Shown piece after piece: positions 25,740 to 36,765 of a DNA stretch of 64,000 nt. The stretch lies in contig CM082589.2 of assembly GCA_040954595.2 (NCBI GenBank), forward strand, positions 11,544,894 to 11,608,893. Reading direction: 5' to 3'. Origin of the DNA: Balanoglossus misakiensis. Taxonomy: Eukaryota; Animalia; Hemichordata. The notes beneath the pieces are model-generated. The model saw only the letters and a program-made list of their open reading frames with translations. It was not told where the DNA came from and did no database searches. A program made the position numbers and the translations under genes. Every line of letters starts with the position of its first letter. Within the stretch, counting starts at the first letter, position 1.

Positions 25740-28700
25740 TGGCATTCACTGCTGATAATTAGGTTTCCATAGATACAAGCGGAATGCAATAGAAGAGGGA
25801 TAACCATATACATGTATAGAAAAGGTAGGTTACCCCTTCCCCTATCATCCAAATACTACCACAGAGGGTGCTATACTATATGACCATCAACTGAGTATCA
25901 TTCAAATACTCTGTGCACAGTAGGTAAATACACATTTGTTTTTTTTAGGAGACTTTCATCAGTTGCAGTAAAATACAACGTGACTACACTATATACACCA
26001 ATGAGAATGGCCATGTAATTCAGAGAGTGCTTGATATTAAAACTGTTTCATAGTTGTGGCCTTTACTGCTGATAATTAGGTTACCATAGATACAAGCCCA
26101 ATGCAACAGGACAGGGATAAACATATGCAAAGACAAGATTAAACCCCACCTCCATAATCAAAATACTACCGCAGAGGGCGCTATACTATATGACCATCAA
26201 CTGAGTATCATTCAAATACTCTGTGCACAGTGGGTAAAGACACATTTGTTTTTTTAGGAGACTTTCATCAGTTGCAGTAAAATATAACGTGACTACACTA
26301 TATACACCAATGAGAATGGCCGTGTAATTCAGATAGTGCTTGATATTAAAACTGTTTCATAGTTGTGGCTCTTACTGCTGATAATAAGGTTACCATAGAT
26401 ACAAGCCCAATGCAACAGGACAGGGATAAACATATGCAAAGGCAAGATTAAACCCCACCTCTGTAATCAAAATAATAATAATAATAATAATTTATTTGTA
26501 TAGTGTCAGTATCCACAAAAATGTGATCAATGACGCTTAAAGCAAAAGTACAATACAACAAATGGCTAAAAAACAGATTTAAAAAGTAAAGTTTTAACAT
26601 TTGATTTAAAAACAGATAAGTCTGGTGCCTGGCGAATGGTGAGTGGAAGATTATTCCAAAGAATTGGAGCAGCAACAGTAAAAGCACGATCACCATAACT
26701 CTTGGTGCGTGATCGAACAAGGCAGAGTTTGAACTGATCAGCTGACCTTAAATTGCGACACGGAACATATAGATTAGTCATGCTAGAAAGATAGATTGGA
26801 CCAAGTTTATTATAGATTTAAAAATGAGAACTAACATCTTAAAAACAATACGCTGTGTAACAGGTAGCCAGTGCAACTGATACAAAATTGGAGTGATGTG
26901 ACAGGTGATTTTTGAATGAGTAACAATTCTAGCAGCAATATTCTGAACGCGTTGGATACGGTTGATTGAATACTTCGGGAGCCCAAATAAAAGTGAATTA
27001 CATGAATCAATTCGAGAAGTAATGAATGCATGAACTTATTGCTCTGTAGCAGAATGAGATAAATATTTGCGGATAAGCGCAATGCGACGTAAATGAAAAG
27101 TGGCAGAGCGGCAGATCTGTCCAATATGTGGCTTCATTGTCAGACAAGAGTCAAGGAGCACACCAAGGCTCTTAGCCTGACAATGGACAGGAATCAGAGA
27201 ATCGCCAACACGAATTTCTGAAATCCCTCTAGCAGACAGATCACCTGAAATACCAAAGAAAATAACAAATTCAGTCTTATCGTCGTATAAGCACAAGAAG
27301 TTTTCAGACATCCAAAACCTAACATCGGATATACAAAGTTCAAGATTTGAAACAGTTCTTGCTGCGTTGTCTTTACTAAAAGACATATAAAGTGAAGAGT
27401 CATCTGCATAAAAACTATAAAGACAACCATGACTTTGAACTAATTCACCAAATGGAGACGGGTACATATTGAAAAGTATGGGACCAAGAACTGATCCCTG
27501 TGGTACCCCAGTGTCGAGCCGATAGAAAGGTGATTGGGTGGAATTTACAAGTACACACTGACTACGATTGGAAAGGTATGACATAAACCACATGAGAACA
27601 GTATCTGAGAGACCAAAATACTACCACAGAGGGTGCTATACTATATGACCATCAACTGAGTATCATTCAAATACTCTGTGCACAGTGGGTAAACACACAT
27701 TTGGTTTTTTAGGAGACTTTCATCAGTTGTAGTAAAATACAACGTGACTACACTATATACACCAATGAGAATGGCCATGTAATTCAGAGAGTGCTTGATA
27801 TTAAAACTGTTTCATAGTTGTGGCCTTTACTGCTGATAATTAGGTTACCATAGATACAAGCCCAATGCAACATGACAGGGATAAACATATGCAAAGACAA
27901 GATTAAACCCCACCTCCATAATCAAAATACTACCACAGAGGGCGCTATACTATATGACCATCAACTGAGTATCATTCAAATACTCTGTGCACAGTGGGTA
28001 AAGACTTATTTGTTTTTTTAGGAGACTTTCATCAGTTGTAATAAAATACAACGTGACTACACTATATACACCAATGAGAATGGCCATGTAATTCAGAGAG
28101 TGCTTGATATTAAAACTGTTTCATAGTTGTGGCCTTTACTGCTGATAATTAGGTTACCATAGATACAAGCCCAATGCAACATGACAGGGATAAACATATG
28201 CAAAGACAAGATTTAACCCCACCTCCATAATCAAAATACTACCACAGAGGGCGCTATACTATATGACCATCAACTGAGTATCATTCAAATACTCTGTGCA
28301 CAGTGGGTAAAGACACATTTGGTTTTTTAGGAGACTTTCATCAGTTGTAGTAAAATACAACGTGACTACACTATATACACCAATGAGAATGGCCATGTAA
28401 TTCAGAGAGTGCTTGATATTAAAACTGTTTCATAGTTGTGGCCTTTACTGCTGATAATTAGGTTACCATAGATACAAGCCCAATGCAACATGACAGGGAT
28501 AAACATATGCGAAGACAAGATTTAACCCAACCTCCATAATAAAAATACTACCACAGAGGGCGCTATACTATATGACCATCAACTGAGTATCATTCAAATA
28601 CTCTGTGCACAGTGGGTAAAGACACATTTGGTTTTTTAGGAGACTTTCACCAGTTGCAGTAAAATACAACGTGACTACACTATATGCACCAATGAGAATG

Positions 28701-28880
28701 GCCGTGTAATTCAGAGTGCTTGATATTAAAACTGTTTCAAAGCTGTGGCCTTTACTGCTGATAATTAGGTTACCATAGATACAAGTGGAATGGAACCGGA
28801 CAGGGATAAACATACAAAGGCTAGGTTAACCCCCCCCCCCCCAAAAAAAATACTACCACAGAGGGCGCTATACTGATCAT
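25740..28880. repeat. Satellite of 309-310-bp units (about 6 copies), interrupted by a LINE
   Basis: AAATACTACCRCAGAGGGYGCTATACT recurs at about 25851, 26161, 27616, 27925, 28234, 28543 and (variant) 28849. Confidence 0.93.
26476..27613 (-). mobile_element. 5'-truncated CR1/L2-clade LINE inserted into the satellite
   Basis: WFMSYLSNRSQ...GVPQGSVLGPILF...YADD; C-terminal YGDRAFTVAAPILWNNLP; (TTA)n tail; CAAAATA on both sides, matching the empty site in sister units. Confidence 0.92.
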
Positions 28881-29164
28881 CAAGTCTGTACCATTGAAAT
28901 AAATCTGTGCAGAGTGGGTAAATTAGGCATTTGGTTCTTCAGATTTTTATAAGTTGCATTAAAATGCTATGTGGCCCACTACAAGGACAAATAAGTCAAA
29001 AATGGCAAATTTGACGTTTACTTTGAGGTTGGCATGGGGCAAACGAGACAATACAAGAACACTGAAACTCAATTAGTGAAACACTAAAGTTGTACTTTAT
29101 TTCTCTAACAAACTTAGAGAAAATTTACATGGCCATCTTTTTACTCAGAGACCTGATGTTGAAT

Positions 29165-31150
29165 AGAAATGTGGTAGTGCAGGTCCACATGAGTGCCGTG
29201 TACTAGCCTCTCTCTCTGCAAATCCATCCACAACTTGCATGCAGATAGTGGGAGTCTGATGTAAGCAACTACTGCAGTTACAGTCAGGACGTAAGTGGGA
29301 TAATTAAACAGCAGGGGATCATGCAATGCAAACACTTGAACTGGCCAGTAACGTTTGAATTGCTCATTTGCATACAGTTTTTCAACTTTTTTCACAACGA
29401 AAGTTAAGCAACTAGCAACCCATTTCTGACAATTATTTCACCCCAGGCACATTACTGGTACTATGAGTGTACTACATGTGATTTTTCATGAAGTTTTATC
29501 GAGAAGAATTTCTTTACTTCCACTGACAAAATTGTGATCACGAAATTCAAAGTGACCTTGAAGTTACAAAAAAAAAATATCAGCCATACCCACACAAAAA
29601 TTAACCCCCTCAGGTTTTAGAAACATTATTAAACTCCTCTATTCATAATTTTGACATGAATATATCCATGCCGAGAGTCAAGGACCACAATTTACTGTGC
29701 CATAGGTCAGTCCTGAGAAGTCAGTCAGCGTGAATAGTGTATAGACTCCGTATGTAATATGCTAATGAGAGATAACGACGCGTTGAAAAGGAAGCCATTA
29801 CGTCATGGGTTAACATGCTTTGACCTACTTCAATGCATACACATATGGCAAACACGGCTGTACTCGTCGATGGCGAAGGCAATTTTTACACCGTCATTAC
29901 TCCACAACGGAGCGGCTCACACTATTATAATTTCACGGTAACTTAGTTCAATATCTTCCTAACCTACCCAATTTTTTTCAAGACAAGAAATCTTTGCCGA
30001 GAGTCAAGGACCACAATTTAAACCAACATACCGAAACTGTCTTTCTCGGGAAAGCGTCGTTAAAACTTCACGAAAAATCATCCTATCATTGACTATGGTG
30101 TTTCATACACGTCTTAGAAAAATGGGTGCACTACGATCACTTGTAGTACCGAAAATCTCCGTTTGAAAATTTTTCGAACTGGCCGTAACTGCCACTCAGC
30201 GACTTTCACATTCAAATAGATCTCTTTGATCTCACCGCCGTAATTACCCCACTTACGTCCTGACTGGTTAATACTTACAAAGTGTATTACCTCCAACACC
30301 CCATGGACGGTATCATGTCATCACCAGTAGCTATAGGTTCTTTTAACACCTTGAGAGAAACAAATGGATTGTTACTGATAGATTACAAAGCACTGACAAT
30401 ACAAGAGGGGGAGGGGTAAGGTTTGTTGAGAGCAGTTGTTTTTTGCTAAACATTAGTGAAAATATGAAATTATTGACATGTAGGATTTCAATTTTATGAT
30501 GTAAGAGTATTTTATAATATCTCACCGGGACTTCAGTTGTCGCTGTAGTATTTAACCCAAGTTTAACTGTGCCACCCACGTCCATGCATGGCAAGGTTTT
30601 CTCTCCCAAAAGTTTCAGTTTGGTATCCCAGTTACCATCAGTTGCACTTACTCCACGCCTTCTAAGTTGAATGCGATTTACCATCACAGGATTCATACTG
30701 TGGTGCAAAGACAATTAAAAACATCGATTGTAAATCATTTAGTAGTGATACCATTGTGACCAAACCTTGTTTTAAAATACATGTAATCTGTACTCGAAAC
30801 TATCATTTTTTTCTTTCTAGAATATTAGAACGCGCTCAAAAATAAAAATGCGACCTGTAAGCGAGTGCCGCGTTTCAATTGGCACTGACGATAAACACCG
30901 CCACTCGGAGATAAAATCAACGTTTTTTTTTTATAATGCAAGTGAACGCATGGAGGCGGCCATATTGAATTTAGGTTACATCCCAAGACATTCCGACTGG
31001 GCTTCAGGTGGATTCGGGAAAGGTCTCTAAAACATAATTGGTCATCCAATTTTGTATACTAAATTTCTAAAAATGTAGGACATGGGAGGTTAACATACCC
31101 ACAAGGACTACAGGGCCCAGGCGTTTCGGGGTGCGATTGTTACGTACCTT
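29165..31150 (-). pseudogene. OB-fold gene relic, copy 2 (intron, degenerate exon 3, exon 4)
   Basis: Reverse complement of 18185-18800; ATDGNWDTKLKLLGEKTLPCMDVGGTVKLGLNTTATTEV; next exon VLKEPIATG at about 30290-30349. Confidence 0.65.
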
Positions 31151-31980
31151 AGCTCCATCATCTGCAACCATGCAGCCAAGGCGTGGCAGTGAAATTGTGC
31201 CTCATTGAGGATACAGTCTAGATCCGGAATTCAGCCAACGGCAAACTGTTTAGCGTGCCTTGTATGCAGCAGGATGGCAACGTTCTGGAACTTAAATTCT
31301 GGAAAGAAAATCCGAAATAGCTGAACAGATAACAGAAGAGAGAATACATACAGCTCCGCAACTTTTCCACTGGAAGATATAATACCATTTGCCTCTATGA
31401 TAGAGCAAAGGTATGTTATAATCGCACCCCGAAACTTATGGGCCTTTTTTTTGCCGTAGTCATTTCGGGTATCTTAACCTCCCATCTTCTACATTTTTAG
31501 AAATTTACTCTACAAAATTGAATGACCCATTACATTTTAAACACCTTTCCCGAATTCAACCGACGCCTAATCGGAAGGTCTTCGGATGTAATCCAATATG
31601 GCAGCCTCCATGCGATCACGTACATTGAAAATCCATTGATTTCATCGCCGATTACCGATGTTTATCGTCAATACCGATTCAAACGCGGCACTCGTTTACA
31701 AGTCGCATTTATTTTTGATCGCGTTCCAATATTTTAAACAAACTAGATTACTGATAAAAATGCTCAAAATTTTTCCTCCAAATGCCACCTTTACGGATTC
31801 AGTCACACAACTTACAGACTACGCCAAACTTTTTTCCAGATCATACCTTGCGGGCGAAAAGCGATGGATATACCTGAAAAATTGGTAACAGAATTTTATC
31901 ATCCGCCACAAATAATGATATCAGAAGTCGAGATATCTCCACAGAAGAAGAGGGTGTGCGTTGTAGGAAAAGTCCATGAT
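31150..31980 (+). pseudogene. OB-fold gene relic, copy 3 (damaged exon 1 and intact exon 2 at 31840-31980)
   Basis: Exon 1 copy has stops; ttccag|IIPCGRKAMDIPEKLVTEFYHPPQIMISEVEISPQKKRVCVVGKVHD|gtgagt, 141 nt, phase 0-0. Confidence 0.7.
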
Positions 31981-32008
31981 GTGAGTACTGTCAAATGTTG
32001 CACAAATA

Positions 32009-32470
32009 GCCGTTAAACCTGAAATATAGATTGAAAGTGGATATTGTTTTACACAATTTTTGAACATTGAAGTAAAGTATTAGAATGATGGAATCCGATA
32101 AAAAAAGTGAGTTGGTAATTTCGGCATCCGACTTCGTTATTAAAAATGGAAAGGTTTGCGATTCGGTTCAAGTAGTATTTGCAAGTTTGAAAGGAAATAT
32201 TTCATTGAAGTACAGTGGCAACTACTGCATTTTTGAGAATCTTTGAAATGTTGATGAACGGAGACTTATAATAGAATAAATGAAAACCTACCTTTAACGG
32301 TGTTAGGGTTACTACACCTGACAGACCGCTGGTCTGCGTCCGACCGATTCTGAGCTCCTAGCTCTTGTGGAGACATGCGGAGGTACAGCGGGTTAACGGT
32401 TAGGAAGTGTTGATGAAAGGAATGATTAATTACATAGGCCAATCAGGATCCTGGAGTTAGATATTCGAGT
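32009..32470 (-). repeat. Inverted copy of the OB-gene 5' region (partner 33960-34410)
   Basis: Reverse complement of 33960-34410 and of 17529-17915; includes a CCAAT motif (ATAGGCCAATCAG). Confidence 0.88.
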
Positions 32471-34411
32471 GAAATGGTGGAAAAACGGGAATGCCGATTG
32501 GTTCAATTTAACCGGAGGGAAATTGCTACATTATATGACGTCAGTTGCGAACGATAATGCATATATTAAGCTAAGGTTGAATCCGGTTTTTCCATCAAGC
32601 ACAACCATATTTCAGTCATATAAAAAACGAAGAAAATAACACTAAAAAAATATTTCCTTTTTAAAAACTTCACTATAGCATTATTATAATGATGTACGTC
32701 GTACATAAAATGATACACGTGACATCTTCTTGTTCAGAGTTTTAAAACAGGTAGAGAATGCCCATGGGTAACCCGAAAACACACAAACCGGGTAAAAAAT
32801 GAAAGTCCTGCGAAGGCCAGGAGTATACACTGAAAAATTACAATAAATCTAGTACAAAAGTTTGTATCCTCACGAATAATTAACTCTGATTGCATAAGTT
32901 TATTTCCGTCTCATTACCTTCTGAAAGCAAATCACTCACTTGCCGGTAAAAGTTGAGTAAAATACTACATCTAAACTGCATAGCGATGGCGGCCCATAAA
33001 AATAATTGCCCAGTGTCCCACTCGCAATGCACAACTTTTTAGGCCAAGTGCTAATGATATTCGAATTTTCGAAGGTTACGCAATATACACATACATGTAT
33101 AAATATTAATTTATGAACAATTTCCAGTGTTCACGCTGGGATTTCTTTCTTTCTAGTTTACTCGTTATATAATGTACCAATTCCCTCCGGTAAGTTGAGC
33201 CGATTCCCATCACTTTGAGCCAATCGATATTCATGGTTTTTCAGCATTTCAGTCGACTATATTTACACCTGTTGCATGTCTTTGCAGTTTTTGACTTGAC
33301 GCTTACAACCGAGTCGCACCGCACGCAGTACTATCTTGTTGTCTTCATGTTTAGTTGTTGTTTTGCGCACACTATTTGCACAAAAATATCTGCTCGTTTT
33401 GTTATCAACGATCGAGTATATGTTAGGAAGTCCGACATAGAGAACTTTGTTCTAAATATTCAATGCCCCACAAATGATATACTAGACTGCTCGACACAAC
33501 ACACCCCAGCCATACTCCATTAGTACACGCCACAAACACCGTATTTATACAGCCTGAGGGATTTCAGCTTCGAACTTATTGCCCAATCATATTCGACTAT
33601 TTCCAACCAATCCCCTTCTGACTAATTGACCAATCACACGCTTCGAGCATAATTTCCAAAAAAGGGAAAACTAACGAATTTGCTACATCTTTCCGGTTTC
33701 ATCTTCAACAGTTTCTAACATTTTTTTGGACCCCCCCCCCCTCGATAAACACCCATACTCAAAGGGTAACTTCATTTAATTGTCAGTAAATAAAATCAAT
33801 TCACAGTCTTATTACATGTACTATTTATAATATACTCAAATTTCCACTACAAAATATCTGTATATGTGCGTTAAATTCTGAAATCTTTCCACCCAAACCT
33901 CTAGTTATGCAAATTTAAATTGCTGTCTGTTGCGTTCGCCTACGGTTTCTCATTTTCGGACATTCGAATCTAACTCCTGATTGGCCTATAAACTTATTTC
34001 TTTCATCAACACTTTCTAACCGTTAACCCGCTGTACCTCCGCATGTCTCCACAAGAGCTAGGAGCTCAGAATCGGATGAACGAGACAAGCGGTCTCTCAC
34101 GTTTAGTAACCGTAACGCCGTTAAAGGTAGGTTTTCATTGATTCTAATAAGTCTCCGTTCAACAACATTTCAAAGATTCTCCATAACCCAGTAGTTGCCA
34201 CTGTGCTTCAATGAAATATTTCCTTTCAAACTTGCAAATGGTAACCGAATCTCAAATCGCAAATCTTTCCATTTTTAATAACGAAGTCGGATGCCGCAAT
34301 CACCAACTCACTTTTTTATCGGACTCCATCATTCTAATACTTTACTTCAATGTTCAAAAATTGTGTAAAACAATACCCACTCTCAATCTATATTTCAGGT
34401 TTAACGGCGTT

Positions 34412-34681
34412 ATGGCATCCCCGGCTCCCGGTCCCTCATCCCCAACCAGCCAAGGCGTGGCACTGAAATTGCGCCTCATGGAGGATGTCGAGATCCGGAA
34501 TTCCGCCAACGGGAAACTGTTTAGCGTGCCTTGTATGCAGCAGGATGGCAACGTTCTGGAACTTAAATTCTGGAAAGAAAATCCGAAGTGGCTGAACAGA
34601 TTACAGAAGGGAGGATACGTACAGCTCCGCAACTTTTCCACTGGAAGAGATAATACCATTTGCCTCTATGATAGAGCAAAG
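34412..34681 (+). CDS. OB-fold gene, first coding exon (open)
   Basis: tttcag acceptor at 34398, ATG at 34412; MASP...VPCMQQDGNVLELKFWKENPKWLNRLQKGGYVQLRNFSTGRDNTICLYDRAK|gtacgt; pattern L..W......L.KG..V.L.NF is OB-like. Confidence 0.6.
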
Positions 34682-35098
34682 GTACGTTATAATCGCACCC
34701 CGAAACTTATGGGCCTGACTTTTTTTTTGCCGTAGTCATTTTGGGTATCTTAACCTCCCATCTTCTACATTTTTAGAAATTTACTCTACAAAATTGAATG
34801 ACCCATTACATTTTAGAGACCTTTCCCGAATTCAACCGAAGCCCAATGGGAAGGTCTTCGGATGTAATCCAATATGGCAGCCTCCATGCGATCACGTACA
34901 TTGAAAATCCATTTATATGATACAACCATGCCTTGTCAACTCACCTCGGGTCAAAATTACTGCCATCGATTCATCATTTTGCAGTTCAAATTTTAAAAAG
35001 CAACTGACAAAAAACAACCACTCTTGCACTATTTCTCCACAACATTTACTACTCGTAATTATTAACATTCAATGTTTTCCATTTTATTTCCACTACAG

Positions 35099-35305
35099 TA
35101 TGAATCAGTGACACATACATCGAATTCTACAAAGAGACGTAAACTGACCATAACTGATGGCACAAGAGATGCTGAAGTCAACCTTTGGGGTGAGAAAACA
35201 GCGCTGCCACTGGATGTAGGTGCGACAGTTAAACTAGGCCCATTGGTTATCAACAGATATAAAACATCGTCCACATTAAATACAACAGCGACAACTGAAG
35301 TGGAG
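35099..35305 (+). CDS. OB-fold gene, exon 3 (RPA70 DBD-like)
   Basis: tacag|YESVTHTSNSTKRRKLTITDGTRDAEVNLWGEKTALPLDVGATVKLGPLVINRYKTSSTLNTTATTEVE|gtgag; matches the RPA/SSB pattern R.L.I.D.T....V.LWGE. Confidence 0.72.
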
Positions 35306-35321
35306 GTGAGACATAAAATAC

Positions 35322-36765
35322 TGTTCCTGATGCTCCGTGAGAACTGTCAAGTAGCCACGGTTCTAGGCGACATAGGATGGATGTCCACGGTACGGGAGGA
35401 GGCCATGCATGTATACGGGAAGGAAAAGACCGAAGCCAACCTGCCCGTACCATCCGACGCAGCCATAAAAACCTGCACACTACCTCGGGAGTTCAATCCA
35501 GGCCGCGTACGTGGGGGATTCGTTGGCCATATCTCCCCGCAAGAGCCCACAAGAACCACCACCGCAGCTGACGACCTGGAGGAAACTTTGAGCATCTTCT
35601 GGGATCCGCAGCTGGAAAAACAGGTACTCGGTGGCGACAAGGACCAGGCGATGGAGGTGTTGGAAGGGCCAGACCCACCCCGCACCCGTGTATCACCCCC
35701 AATAGCAGTAGCGAGAGACGGGGGAAACCAACGGCTGCTGCAGGAGCCATCACCCCCACGCCAAGAAATGCTGCCGCTGCAGTCACTGATCAACCCATTG
35801 GAGCTGGAAGCGACGTTGGAGGCGGGGGAATATCTAATCCCCTGGGAACTTCGACGCCACCCCGGCAGCCATACTAGGTCTAGATCCCCAACCCGGTCGC
35901 CGCGACCGGAGCGTTCTCGAGAGGAAAGGCGGGACCGCCCACCTTCCCGTGAACGACCATCCTTTTCACGCTGGGGAGATCTCAGCCCCAGACGTCGATC
36001 ACCGATCCGGTATCCGACGCCGGAACCACCCAAAGAAGACGAACGCCGCTGGAGGAGCGCCAGGCCGGCCCGAAGGAGCCCCCTATCCTCTGTTCCACAT
36101 TACTCATCAGGCCCTTCTCCATGTCCGTTCCCGGGAGGCCGGAGGTCAACGCGCAAACTGAAGAAACACGCCTTTCAGTGCCACCTTCCAGTTATTTTTA
36201 CTGAGAAGCCGGTAGTATTCCGCGAGCGGGACGCGGTGGAGGCGTTAGAGAAACTCACCTATACTGGCTGTGTGGTCCAGGAAATGAAATACCCGACCTG
36301 CTAGACTTCTATATCCGCAGGGGCGGACCTGGACGGATCCCTACGGAATCCTTTTGTTCACCGGAGTCCATGGTGATGATGAAGCGCCTGTGCGTCTTCC
36401 AGGGGTGGGAGGTGCCGAACATGTTCCGACTGAGCTCCCCCACCACACCAGCGATTCTCATCCACTGGCGTGTCCTTAGCATACTGCTGAGGTGGGTATC
36501 CCAATCATGACAGGAAGAATTCCGGGAAATCCGACCTCACCGGAAAACATCATCAATCCGGACACAGCAACCAGAGAGGACGGGGGCGGAAGCAGTCGCA
36601 CAGAATCCATCGACGCAGGGGGAGCGAGGACGCGCCAGGGGGTTTTGATGCATTTTTTATCCCCCAAGCGTGCGCGGAGGAGTGCCGAGTGGAAGACGCG
36701 CCCACCACCATAGATGACCTCACTGACTACGATGTTGGTGTCCCCCCCCCCCCCGCATGTTTAAA
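35322..36765 (+). mobile_element. GC-rich fragment of a retroelement accessory ORF (N-terminal part of a TatD-like nuclease gene), truncated and frameshifted
   Basis: Abrupt GC rise; CPFPG...KLKKHAFQCHLPVIF, then MKRLCVFQGWEVPNMFRLSSPTTPAILIHWRVL, then GFDA[FF] where a TatD DxHxH motif is expected. Family assignment is from memory. Confidence 0.5.

Noticed and set aside
35347-36033. 228-aa minus-strand ORF
   Set aside because: Antisense shadow of the GC-rich plus-strand ORF; low complexity with no motifs.
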